A stretch of DNA of 63,192 nucleotides, counting the filler. It is 8 parts of 8 records of this genome, joined end to end, with 100 filler letters (N's around TTAATTAATTAA, not from the genome) between each part and the next. Parts side by side here need not be neighbours in the genome. Positions count along the whole stretch, not along the records: positions 5,162 to 17,536 come from SRR31156797_11781; positions 17,637 to 23,396 come from SRR31156797_11782; 6 more parts are not named here. One strand, 5' to 3'. A program made the position numbers and the translations under genes. Of the stretch, positions 9,811 through 18,686 are shown piece by piece. The notes beneath the pieces are model-generated. The model did not search any database and had not been told where the DNA came from. It saw nothing but the letters and a program-made list of their open reading frames with translations. Numbering within the stretch: the first letter of the stretch is position 1; each line of letters starts with the position of its first letter.

Positions 9811-9864
9811 TTACTCAAGTCTATCTTTCGTAGGATTTGCTGCAATCCAAGTTTCAAAACTCAT
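9811..9864 (-). CDS. 17-aa small ORF MSFETWIAANPTKDRLE (LysE/RhtB-like N-terminus; gene remnant or leader peptide)
   Basis: SD AAGGAG 8 nt before the ATG, directly downstream of the promoter at 9910-9938. Confidence 0.4.
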   Translation of the reverse strand: MSFETWIAANPTKDRLE

Positions 9865-9909
9865 TAATATAGCTCCTTGATATTTTTAATTTATTCAAAC
9901 TACATTTAA

Positions 9910-9957
9910 ATTATACCATCTCTCAAAGCATCATCCAAAACACTTTTTCAGATTACA
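9910..9957 (-). promoter_or_regulatory. Extended -10 promoter (TGGTATAAT, -35 TTGGAT) with upstream 20-bp element, copy 1
   Basis: TATAAT 9910-9915, 17-nt spacer; TGTAATCTGAAAAAGTGTTT at 9938-9957 is identical to 17336-17355. Confidence 0.6.
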
Positions 9958-10007
9958 TTTCTGACGATTTCATTTTCAACTCATATTTATAATCTTCATC
10001 TTAACAA

Positions 10008-10043
10008 TAAAACACTCCAAAAATATAGAATTGGAGTGTTTTA
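10008..10043. terminator. Intrinsic terminator hairpin
   Basis: TAAAACACTCCAA-N10-TTGGAGTGTTTTA, a perfect 13-bp stem downstream of the GNAT at 10082..10522. Confidence 0.75.
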
Positions 10044-10081
10044 ATTAATTTTATTAAATTCATTTATTAAAAAAGATTTTT

Positions 10082-10522
10082 TCATATTTCCAAACAGAAA
10101 ATCTGCTCCAAATTCCCACAAATATCTTTTCTTTCTGCAATTTTATCAAAGCCATATTTTTCATATAAACCTTTTTCCTCAGTAACGAGAAAAACTTTTG
10201 AAAAACCTAGTTTTTTAACATAATTTGATGAAAATCCAATCATTTTTTCACTTAGTCTTTTCCCTCTATGATCTTCGTCAACAAAAACAAATCCCACATA
10301 AGGTGTGTATTCAACGTCAGGAATGCATTCTTTTTTAGTTATTGTACAATAAGCAGCTATTTTCTTATCTATCAAAATCACAACTACTTTTTCCCAATCT
10401 TCAAAGGAGTTCTCTCGCATCTTTTTAGCAAGAAACGAACCTGCGCGCCACGAGCAATTCATAGCGTAGTCAATAAGTTCATTCCACAATTTATCATTAT
10501 ATTTAAGTGCCCTAATTTTCAA
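10082..10522 (-). CDS. GNAT family acetyltransferase
   Basis: FVFVDEDHRGKRLS acetyl-CoA motif A; GLYEKYGF; TTG start with SD AGGAG. Confidence 0.9.
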   Translation of the reverse strand: MKIRALKYNDKLWNELIDYAMNCSWRAGSFLAKKMRENSFEDWEKVVVILIDKKIAAYCTITKKECIPDVEYTPYVGFVFVDEDHRGKRLSEKMIGFSSNYVKKLGFSKVFLVTEEKGLYEKYGFDKIAERKDICGNLEQIFCLEI

Positions 10523-10657
10523 GTTCTCTTCTCCTAATTTATTAAAATTTAATCTCTTTTTACAAATCTCTTAATTTTCTTTGCATCAGCATCAATATCT
10601 AAATTCATCGCTTCTTCTAATACTTTATCACACAACTTCTTATTTTGTATTAATCAC

Positions 10658-10687
10658 ATTATACACTTTTTTGTTCTTTTGTGTCAT
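10658..10687 (-). promoter_or_regulatory. Putative promoter ATGACA-N18-TATAAT
   Basis: TATAAT 10658-10663 (preceded by GTG) and ATGACA 10682-10687, upstream of the GNAT starting at 10522. Confidence 0.45.
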
Positions 10688-10760
10688 TAAATCATCAGAA
10701 TAAAGTTCATTTAATGTTTTGGCAGTTCTTCTAACAGCAATAAATACCGGAGTCTATCTT

Positions 10761-12968
10761 TTAGTTTTCAACAACTTCAACTTGATTTCTTCCGTTTGTT
10801 TTTGCCTTATATAAGGCTTTATCTATTCTTTTAATTATTGATGCTCTAGTATCACCTTCCTTATAAGCTCCTACTCCAAAACTAGCAGTTTTATTACCCT
10901 CTATTGGAAAAGTACCACTTGCAATTTTCTCTCTTAAAATTTCAGCTAACTTTGAGGCTTGCTCTAAACTTGTTTCCGGACATATTATTAAAAACTCTTC
11001 TCCGCCCCAACGACCTACTACATCACTTTTTCGCACTGAGCTTTTTAAAATATTCGAAAAAGCAACCAAGAAGTCATCGCCTACATCATGACCATAATCA
11101 TCATTTACCGATTTAAAAAAATCAATATCAATTATCATTAATGAAAATGAAGTTTGATACCGTTCTGAGCGATTAATCTCTTTTTCTAAAGTATCATCTA
11201 AACACCGTCTATTCGATAAAGATGTTAAACTATCTGTATTAGAAAGTCGCTCTACTTCAGATTTTGCTTTTGCCAATTGCTTATTCAGATTAACTAATTT
11301 TCTATTCCAAACCATTATAACTATTAAAATTATTATACTTGCAGTAATAATTTTAATAATCAGATCATAATCTGTTTCCTGCTCATATATAACAGAAAAC
11401 CACTTATCTTTAAGCTCTGTCTTTTCCATTTCACTAATAGATTCAATAGTTTTATTTAGAATTTCTAAAAGCTGAGAATTCTCACCTTTCTTTACAGCCA
11501 TAGATAACTTCAAATCAACATCCAATTTTCCACCGATTTTTATATCTATTAAGTTATTTTTTTTTATACTATATCCGATAGAAGCGATTGTATCTACGTA
11601 ACCATAAAGTTCACCTGATCGAACCATTTTCAAACCTTCGTTGATATTTTCAACCTGAACGATATTAATCTCAGAAAATCTCTTCCTAAGAAGTTCATCA
11701 TATGGATAACTTTTGATTACACCTAGCTTTTTATCCTTTATCGCTTCAAGTCCTTCAACAAAAAGTTCATCAGAACTAACAGCTACAACTAAAGGAAATA
11801 CCATATATGTCTGAGAAAATTCCATCCATTCCCTACGTGAAGGAGTCGGTACAATTGCCGGAATAATATCACTTTCACCATTTCGAAATTCACTAAGTGA
11901 TTCCTTCCATGTTTCCGTATTTTGCAGAACAAACTTTACGTCAAGTTTTTTACTGATCAAATCAATGAAATCAGCAACAATTCCAATATATTCTTCATTT
12001 TTATCAATATGTTCATAAGGTAACCAGCTTGGGTCAACGCTAATTTTTATTTCCTCTAAATTACTTAAATACTCTCTCTCGTCATCAGTTATAAAGAGAG
12101 TTTTAGTAGTTGATACTTTTAAATCCGTACTACTTAAAAACCACTTTTCTCGAAGTTTTTTCATTTCATATGATGATATCCGTCCAGCCAGCTTAAATAA
12201 AATATTTTGCAAAACCTCATTATTTTTAGCAACTGTAATAGCCACCAATTGATTTTTCATGTCAGGTAATACTGCTGGACCTGTAGGACGAAGATTAGGC
12301 AACTTTCTTTTCTGAGACCAATATGTTGCTATCGCTATATCTTGCAATGTCGCATCAGCAAAACCATAGGACACTGCTTCCAGTGCGGCAACAAATGAAT
12401 CAACAGCTACTATTTCTACTTCTGGTACTTCTCGAATTAATTTTTTCTCAAAAAAATGCCCTGAAGGTAATGCTACTCGCATGTTCTTTAATTTTTTTAT
12501 ATCTCTAACAGCTTGTTCCGTTGTACGCATAATGATTGCCGGATAGCTTATTAAAACTTCTGGTTTTGCAAAACGCATTGCTTCTAAACGTTCGGGTGTA
12601 TAAAGCATCGATGTTAAGATATGTGCTTTTTCTTCATCCAAATAATTTTTATACCCATATGATCGCTTTCTATCATCATGAATTAATTTAACATCTAAAC
12701 CTTCAAACATTATATCCAAGACATCTATCCAGAAGCCTTTATATTCTCCGCCTTCTATAAATGTATATGGTGGTAATCCGGATTTATTTAGTACGATTAA
12801 TTCAGGATGTTTTTCTAGATATTTAATCTCTTCTTTACTTAATAGTTGATATTTCTTAGTATCATTTTTCACTCCAAAGGTATATTGTGATAACATAAAT
12901 ATTAATAATAAAATCTTCAGATATTTTAAGTAATGATTATATTTTTCTATCATCAGAATCAACTCCAT
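10761..12968 (-). CDS. Diguanylate cyclase with two periplasmic SBP_bac_3 (BvgS-like) sensor domains
   Basis: Two PPY/WLPY SBP repeats, a TM helix, coiled coil, TDSLTSLSNRR, IDIDFFKSVNDDYGHDVGD, RKSD I-site, RWGGEEF. Confidence 0.93.
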   Translation of the reverse strand: MELILMIEKYNHYLKYLKILLLIFMLSQYTFGVKNDTKKYQLLSKEEIKYLEKHPELIVLNKSGLPPYTFIEGGEYKGFWIDVLDIMFEGLDVKLIHDDRKRSYGYKNYLDEEKAHILTSMLYTPERLEAMRFAKPEVLISYPAIIMRTTEQAVRDIKKLKNMRVALPSGHFFEKKLIREVPEVEIVAVDSFVAALEAVSYGFADATLQDIAIATYWSQKRKLPNLRPTGPAVLPDMKNQLVAITVAKNNEVLQNILFKLAGRISSYEMKKLREKWFLSSTDLKVSTTKTLFITDDEREYLSNLEEIKISVDPSWLPYEHIDKNEEYIGIVADFIDLISKKLDVKFVLQNTETWKESLSEFRNGESDIIPAIVPTPSRREWMEFSQTYMVFPLVVAVSSDELFVEGLEAIKDKKLGVIKSYPYDELLRKRFSEINIVQVENINEGLKMVRSGELYGYVDTIASIGYSIKKNNLIDIKIGGKLDVDLKLSMAVKKGENSQLLEILNKTIESISEMEKTELKDKWFSVIYEQETDYDLIIKIITASIIILIVIMVWNRKLVNLNKQLAKAKSEVERLSNTDSLTSLSNRRCLDDTLEKEINRSERYQTSFSLMIIDIDFFKSVNDDYGHDVGDDFLVAFSNILKSSVRKSDVVGRWGGEEFLIICPETSLEQASKLAEILREKIASGTFPIEGNKTASFGVGAYKEGDTRASIIKRIDKALYKAKTNGRNQVEVVEN

Positions 12969-13181
12969 TTTTTATACTAAAAGAATCATATTATCAAATT
13001 TTAGCTTATTTAAGTTTAACCCATTTCTCTTTGAATTTCAAAGCAACACCATATTTTTTTCTTCTTCTAATCTTTGGATTAAATAAGAATATTCCTTCAG
13101 TTAAATTTTAATCATATATCTTAAAATTATTAATATAGAATTTAATATTTAATTGAACAAATCATTAAGGGAGTGATATTT

Positions 13182-13562
13182 ATGAAGAAGCTCACTATTG
13201 TTTTAATAATATCTTCATTTTTAATCTTTTGTGGATGTGATCTATTTGCTATTTTTAACTCCGGTTCAGCTATTATGGAAGTGTTTACAGATCATAATTA
13301 TCGTTATGCTATCGATGGAACTGCTGACAGTTATAACATCATAATTGCTGATGAAAATGGAAATAAATTAACTTGGGAGAATGTTTCAAGTGATTGGGAA
13401 TACTCATGGGATCAGAACTCAGAGAAATGGCGATATATTTCGGCAAAAAATAACGATGGTTATGGTACTGTAACTGTTAAATTATACAGAAATGAAGATA
13501 TACTGGTATCAAATACAACTTATGGAGGTCGAGGAACAGCTTCGGTAAGTGGATTCTATTAG
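13182..13562 (+). CDS. Hypothetical lipoprotein
   Basis: MKK + hydrophobic stretch + lipobox-like IFCGC; SD GGGAG; beta-rich body. Confidence 0.7.
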   Translation: MKKLTIVLIISSFLIFCGCDLFAIFNSGSAIMEVFTDHNYRYAIDGTADSYNIIIADENGNKLTWENVSSDWEYSWDQNSEKWRYISAKNNDGYGTVTVKLYRNEDILVSNTTYGGRGTASVSGFY

Positions 13563-13610
13563 CTTATATTAATCTTCAGGTTTTGGAAATAAGTTTTTTT
13601 ATAATCAAGA

Positions 13611-13637
13611 TGTCACACTAACACAAACTCCTCCGTC
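13611..13637 (+). promoter_or_regulatory. ECF sigma promoter TGTCACA-N16-CGTC
   Basis: Exact match with a 16-nt spacer, 37 nt upstream of the ATG at 13674; an ECF sigma gene lies convergent next door. Confidence 0.7.
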
Positions 13638-13673
13638 TAAATAAATAGTAGCATAAATAAAAGGAGGATTTTC

Positions 13674-14000
13674 ATGAAAAAATTTGTTATTTCACTCGCA
13701 CTTGGTATGTTCTTTGGTCTATTGGATATTATTCCAATGATAATAAGGAGATTAAATCCCGTATTTATCATTTCAGCATTTCTATTATGGACTATTGTCG
13801 GGGTTCTGTACTCAATGATAGCGCTTGAGATCAATCTTTATTTAAGAAGTCTCATCATCATAAGTTGTGTTCTAATTCCAAGTTTGCCATTAATTTATCT
13901 GCTGGATAAAGCTTCTATACCAATCATCATTGCAACTAGTCTCATATTTAGCCTTTGTTTGGCATTTATGAGTAAAAAATTAGGGATAGTTAGTTTTTAA
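13674..14000 (+). CDS. Small 4-TM membrane protein
   Basis: SD AGGAGG; GMFFGLLDIIPMI motif; hydrophobic throughout. Confidence 0.8.
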   Translation: MKKFVISLALGMFFGLLDIIPMIIRRLNPVFIISAFLLWTIVGVLYSMIALEINLYLRSLIIISCVLIPSLPLIYLLDKASIPIIIATSLIFSLCLAFMSKKLGIVSF

Positions 14001-14792
14001 CTATCCCATTTCTAAAATCATATATTTTCCGTTATTAATCATCTTTTTCAATTTTTCTTTCAACTCATTATTCAATTCATAAAAAGGACTCGCCTTATAA
14101 ATTTTTGAAATTTTATCTAAATCATTTACACTATTTACAAATTCAGATATTGGCACTGACTTTTCTTTATAAAAAATCAAGTTATCTTTTACAAGCCTTT
14201 GTTTTTCAATTGCAACTGGTAATCGTCTTTTACAATTACACACAGCATTTTCATTTACTAAACCACAATTATCATGTATAAATAAGTTTACTTTTGTATT
14301 AATTCTTGATAGTCTCTTTCTATATGTTGCTGCTTGAATATCCAATATTTCTCCACCAATATTACTATTTATATCGAATATATTACTCAAAATAAAAATG
14401 ATTCTACTCTCCTTATCGAGGCAATGAAGCATCGCATGAGTACAGCCGATTTTCATCTCTTCAACATACATTTTTTCATCTATTTCACTCATTCCTGAGT
14501 AGGTATATCTGCTATAATCAATATTCAGATCATCAGAAAATTCTTTGTAAGTTAATTCTTTAAATTTATAATTTTTTATATCAAGTAGGTGATTTACAGT
14601 AATTCTATAAACCCAAGTTTCCAGTTTACTTTTTTGTTCAAATTTGTCTATATTTTTTATAATTTTATAGAGCACTTCCTGTGTTGCATCTTCAGCTTCT
14701 TCTTTTATATACAACATTCTAAGTGAAATATTATATATGTATCTGCTCAGCTCTAGTATTTTTTCTTCATTTAAGAGGTTGTTCATTTTCAC
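14001..14792 (-). CDS. ECF RNA polymerase sigma factor with a Cys-rich linker and C-terminal extension
   Basis: Region 2 EAEDATQEV...TWVYRITVNHLLD; region 4 HTH TYRKRLSR; GCTHAMLHCL and CGLVNENAVCNC. Confidence 0.9.
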   Translation of the reverse strand: MKMNNLLNEEKILELSRYIYNISLRMLYIKEEAEDATQEVLYKIIKNIDKFEQKSKLETWVYRITVNHLLDIKNYKFKELTYKEFSDDLNIDYSRYTYSGMSEIDEKMYVEEMKIGCTHAMLHCLDKESRIIFILSNIFDINSNIGGEILDIQAATYRKRLSRINTKVNLFIHDNCGLVNENAVCNCKRRLPVAIEKQRLVKDNLIFYKEKSVPISEFVNSVNDLDKISKIYKASPFYELNNELKEKLKKMINNGKYMILEMG

Positions 14793-14805
14793 TCCTTATT
14801 CAGTT

Positions 14806-15201
14806 CTATTTTAACTTTCTCATCAGTAATGATGTTCTTATTTCAAAACCAAACTTTTCATAAAATGATGTTACTTGTTCAGGACAATAAAGTTCAATAT
14901 GTTTTACTTCTCTCAATTTTTCATGCTCCAATAGCGTCTCAACAATAAATTTCCCAACACCTTCATTTTGATACTCCTCTTTAACAATAACATCAAAAAT
15001 AAACGCTTTGTAAACACCATCAGAAATAACTCTACAGAAGCCTACTAACTCATCTTGCTCTATAAATCCTAATGTCAGATATGAGTTTTCTAACATTTTT
15101 ACAATATCGTTATATTTTCTTCCTTGAGTAAACCACACTTTTTTATACATCTCATATAACTGGTCAATTTGTGCTGAATTTAGCTTTTCGATAATATTCA
15201 T
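14806..15201 (-). CDS. GNAT family acetyltransferase
   Basis: VGFCRVISDG...IFDVIVKEEYQNEGVGK...FYEKFGF. Confidence 0.92.
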   Translation of the reverse strand: MNIIEKLNSAQIDQLYEMYKKVWFTQGRKYNDIVKMLENSYLTLGFIEQDELVGFCRVISDGVYKAFIFDVIVKEEYQNEGVGKFIVETLLEHEKLREVKHIELYCPEQVTSFYEKFGFEIRTSLLMRKLK

Positions 15202-15253
15202 AGATTCCTCCGAAGTTTAGTTAAATGGGTAAACAAATAAATTAAAATTCTCT

Positions 15254-17224
15254 TTAAATTTCAACAACACCAATTTTTTTTAAATACTCGTATGTTTGAT
15301 CATAAAATTCATATTTTCTTGTTTGGTCTAAGTTATCCCCGATCGGAATAAATATTACCATTCCTTGTCTCGCTCTAGTTAACAAAACTCTATAAGCATT
15401 TTTTAGATACTTTTTTCTAATTTCAGAATTTATATTTTGCCATTTTGTACCTCTAAAGCTTTTGTATTTCCATCTTTCATCTTCTAAGTAAAAATCTGCT
15501 CCCCAACACATACAAGTCCAATCTAATTCGAGACCTTGAATATCAAACTCTGTTGCAACATCTTCTAAAAAATATGAAGATCGAATATCTTCTTTATTAT
15601 TCAAAAACCACTTTGAGGAACTTATTTCATTTTTTACATCTATACCTATCGCTCTTAACCTTCTCGCACCCGATGAAGCTATTAAACCAAACCTTTCACT
15701 TCCTTTTGAGTTTTCTTTTATAAATTTTTTTGCACTTTCTAAGTTTCGTGTAACTACTATGGGATATTTTTTTATTAATTGTTCATAAAGTAGCTTTGAA
15801 TTATTAATATCAAGGTTTATCAAATTTTCAATAAATTCTGATAATTTTTCACTCCTAAACGATCTTAGTGATACTGACAAATGTAAATCAGACTTTTTAT
15901 GACATTTTTCTCTTAACCAGTTTCTTAATTTTAATTTATTTAAATAGTTTGGATCCATTTCTATTAAATTCGAATAATAAACACTCCAATCCATATATTT
16001 GTTTTTTAGAGCTTTGATCCATTCTTCTAAGCCTGCTTCGCCAGTGTTAATTTCTTGCCCTCCTCCTATTAAACATACAATCGTACACCAATTCTTATGC
16101 CTATTCATAACATCAATTAAAAATTCTGGTTCAGACATAGTGAAATTTGGAAATCCTTTTTTTCTTTTCATAAAAGAACTTGTTTGTTCTAAATCCCAAG
16201 CTCTTTGGGCTTCATCAAAAACAACAACTTTTTCAACTGGTGGTTCTTTTAAAATCAAGTTATCATCTCTAAAATGATGAATATTTTGAATAAAAGCCTC
16301 TGTTTTTATCTTTGCTTCTTTTTTTGTTATTTCTATTCCTTTTTCTTTTTCAGATATAACTTTATCTCTAGTTAAAGCCTCCCTTAAAACTTCAATTAAA
16401 GGTCCATTTCCAGATAAGAAAACAGCATGCTCATTTTCATCAGCTTTCATTCTTTCAGTCGCAATATTTAATCCCGCTAATGTTTTACCTGCTCCAGGTA
16501 CTCCTGTTATAAAACAAATTGATTTTTCATTATTCTGTTTAGAATTTTCAATAATCTTATTTAAGCAATTTGTTGTATTAGATAAATTGATTGCTCCAGA
16601 GTCAGAACGAGATATTGCTTTTACATTGTGACCTTTATAAAGAGCTTGTGCTGCTTCAACAATAGTAGGTGTTGGTTTGTATTTTGAGTTTAGCCACTCC
16701 TTTGCATTAATATAATGCTTTGTTGAAATGCTAGAAATTTTTAAAATCAATTTTTCTATATATTTTGAATTTATAAGTAAAGGATTATATAGTTTTTCAT
16801 GATATATAGATATTTCATCTTTATTAGTTAATGCTTCTGTTGAAACTAATATAGGGTAAATTTTACTGTTATGGCTTCCCTCGTGAAAATTCTTTAAATC
16901 AAGTGCATAATCCATTACTTGTTCGACAGCATAATTGTCAAATTTAGAACCTCCTATTTTAAATTCAAAAACAAGAATTGAATCTTTTAAAATAATAATA
17001 TTATCAACACGTTTCCCCATTCTCGGAATTGAAAATTCAAAAAAAATCTCTCCGTTTTTAATATTTTTAAGACTTTTTTTTAATATTCTAATTTGGTCTA
17101 TCCAGGCATTTTTTTGTAATTCCTCTAACGAATGTGAATGATATTTAGTTAATTCCCCTAAAATGAGATTTGTATCATCTAAAATAAATTTATTTATTGA
17201 GTTCGAATAATATGCTCTTTTAAT
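15254..17224 (-). CDS. DUF2075 (Schlafen group 3-like) SF1 helicase with an N-terminal PD-(D/E)xK-like nuclease; probable ATT start
   Basis: GVPGAGKT Walker A, VVFDEAQR Walker B, QGLELD, YRVLLTRARQG; N-terminal EFSIPRMGKRVD...VFEFK. The ORF track start (17308) falls in the -10 box; SD GGAGGGG precedes ATT at 17224. Confidence 0.88.
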   Translation of the reverse strand: MKRAYYSNSINKFILDDTNLILGELTKYHSHSLEELQKNAWIDQIRILKKSLKNIKNGEIFFEFSIPRMGKRVDNIIILKDSILVFEFKIGGSKFDNYAVEQVMDYALDLKNFHEGSHNSKIYPILVSTEALTNKDEISIYHEKLYNPLLINSKYIEKLILKISSISTKHYINAKEWLNSKYKPTPTIVEAAQALYKGHNVKAISRSDSGAINLSNTTNCLNKIIENSKQNNEKSICFITGVPGAGKTLAGLNIATERMKADENEHAVFLSGNGPLIEVLREALTRDKVISEKEKGIEITKKEAKIKTEAFIQNIHHFRDDNLILKEPPVEKVVVFDEAQRAWDLEQTSSFMKRKKGFPNFTMSEPEFLIDVMNRHKNWCTIVCLIGGGQEINTGEAGLEEWIKALKNKYMDWSVYYSNLIEMDPNYLNKLKLRNWLREKCHKKSDLHLSVSLRSFRSEKLSEFIENLINLDINNSKLLYEQLIKKYPIVVTRNLESAKKFIKENSKGSERFGLIASSGARRLRAIGIDVKNEISSSKWFLNNKEDIRSSYFLEDVATEFDIQGLELDWTCMCWGADFYLEDERWKYKSFRGTKWQNINSEIRKKYLKNAYRVLLTRARQGMVIFIPIGDNLDQTRKYEFYDQTYEYLKKIGVVEI

Positions 17225-17307
17225 GTTAACCCCTCCAAAGTTTATATAAATACATAGTAAGTAATATTTTCCCCTTAACTTCTTGAGCTCTAAGTTTCTT
17301 CCTCTCA

Positions 17308-17355
17308 ATTATACCACCACCTAAAACCTCAACACAAACACTTTTTCAGATTACA
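17308..17355 (-). promoter_or_regulatory. Extended -10 promoter (TGGTATAAT) with upstream 20-bp element, copy 2
   Basis: TATAAT 17308-17313; the 20-mer at 17336-17355 is identical to 9938-9957. Confidence 0.6.
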
Positions 17356-17536
17356 ATTCAACTCATTTAATTTTATTATTTCATTTTTTATCTATATATA
17401 TCCATTATTCAGCAGTTTTTAAACTATATCTAAATTCATAAAAGCTCAAAAACACCAACTCTCTATTTAGCATTTGTAAATACTAGTCTAAAATAGTATA
17501 ATTTAAAGGAATATTGCGAATTTGTGAGGTGAAAGG

Positions 17537-17636
17537 NNNNNNNNNNNNNNNNNNNNNNNNNNNNNNNNNNNNNNNNNNNNTTAATTAATTAANNNNNNNN
17601 NNNNNNNNNNNNNNNNNNNNNNNNNNNNNNNNNNNN
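17537..17636. other. Artificial contig spacer
   Basis: N-run + TTAATTAATTAA + N-run. Confidence 0.98.
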
Positions 17637-17761
17637 AGTACATTTTTCTGTGATTCTTCTATCTGAACACTTATGTGGGAATCTTCAATTTCAGATAGTT
17701 CTGCATCTGTCATGGAAGCATCGAATTCTGTTTCCATGTTTAGCATCTTTCGCAGGTTCAT
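17637..17761 (-). CDS. N-terminus of the next operon gene, probably a second T2SS-F/TadC-like platform protein (truncated)
   Basis: ATG at 17761 lies 1 nt after the previous stop; MNLRKMLNMETEFDASM... is open to the contig edge. Identity inferred from operon position only. Confidence 0.5.
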
Positions 17762-17762
17762 T

Positions 17763-18686
17763 TCAGGCCTCCGGAGTCATCATATTAATAAGAACAACAT
17801 ACATGATACTGCCAATTGGTATCAGTGCGTAGATAATTATGTAAAGGAAAACCATCTGTGCATTTCCCATGATAGACATAATCGATATAACCACCACAAG
17901 GAAAAGTGGACCTGCAACAAAAGCTGTTACATATGTTTCTCCCAGAAGTCCCAGTGTTTCAAGAAATTCTTTCTGACTCTGGCGGTTCTCCGCGATGTAC
18001 TGATCAGTCTTTATCTTGAAATAAGGCTCAAGCTGACCTCCTGACGTGATTACGGTAATTGCTCCCTGCAGGAATTCCTGCAATACAAGAGAAGGCGTAG
18101 TAACTGAAAGATTTTTCATTGCAGTTACAAGATCATGTCCCAGGATCTCAAGATCACGCACCAGGTAACGACATTCAACCGATACCTCACCATAGATGTC
18201 GTTATTTGCAAGGGACCTGAAAAGATCCACCGGAAGAACACCGGCACCAGACATTGCAGACATGTAGTTCACAGCATAAGGTAGCATGCTGTCAATCCTT
18301 CTTTTTCTGTCACCTGCCATGAGACTGGGGTATATCTGGAACAGTTTATAGACAGTGAAGAACACCAGCACAGTGAATAATATAGATAAAAATATACCGG
18401 CAAAAACAGCTTTATACTGAACAATAGGTGCCATCCACATGGGGAAAGTCAGCCTTGTTGCTTTCAGCTCGGGAACACCGAATGCCAGAAGTAACAGGCC
18501 AATAAATAAAAGGCCACCAACTGCACATAAAATGGAGCTTAATAGCGCACTTGACATGTAGACATCATAAGAAACATCCATCCTGTTCTTCAGTAAACCA
18601 TGTCGAAGGCCAAAAAAATCGACCCTCTTCTTTTCATAGTACTTACCAAAAAGATTGTAAGCAAAGACGAAATACGGATTAGCCAT
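17763..18686 (-). CDS. Archaeal type II secretion system F / type IV pilus platform protein (TadC/FlaJ-like)
   Basis: RKRRIDSMLPYAVNYMSAMSGAG...YGEVS...GHDLVTAM...TPSLVLQEFL...ETYVTAFVAGPLF. Confidence 0.9.
   Translation of the reverse strand: MANPYFVFAYNLFGKYYEKKRVDFFGLRHGLLKNRMDVSYDVYMSSALLSSILCAVGGLLFIGLLLLAFGVPELKATRLTFPMWMAPIVQYKAVFAGIFLSILFTVLVFFTVYKLFQIYPSLMAGDRKRRIDSMLPYAVNYMSAMSGAGVLPVDLFRSLANNDIYGEVSVECRYLVRDLEILGHDLVTAMKNLSVTTPSLVLQEFLQGAITVITSGGQLEPYFKIKTDQYIAENRQSQKEFLETLGLLGETYVTAFVAGPLFLVVVISIMSIMGNAQMVFLYIIIYALIPIGSIMYVVLINMMTPEA

Noticed and set aside
10550-10750. Small ORF or pseudogene (TPVFIAVRRTAK...; MNLDIDADAKKIKRFVKRD)
   Set aside because: It looks coding-like, but it is fragmented and I cannot assign it to any family.
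7171-17308. Integron cassette array (many small same-strand GNAT/APH genes)
   Set aside because: No integrase and no recurring attC (RYYYAAC...GTTRRRY) structures; the genes have their own promoters and terminators.
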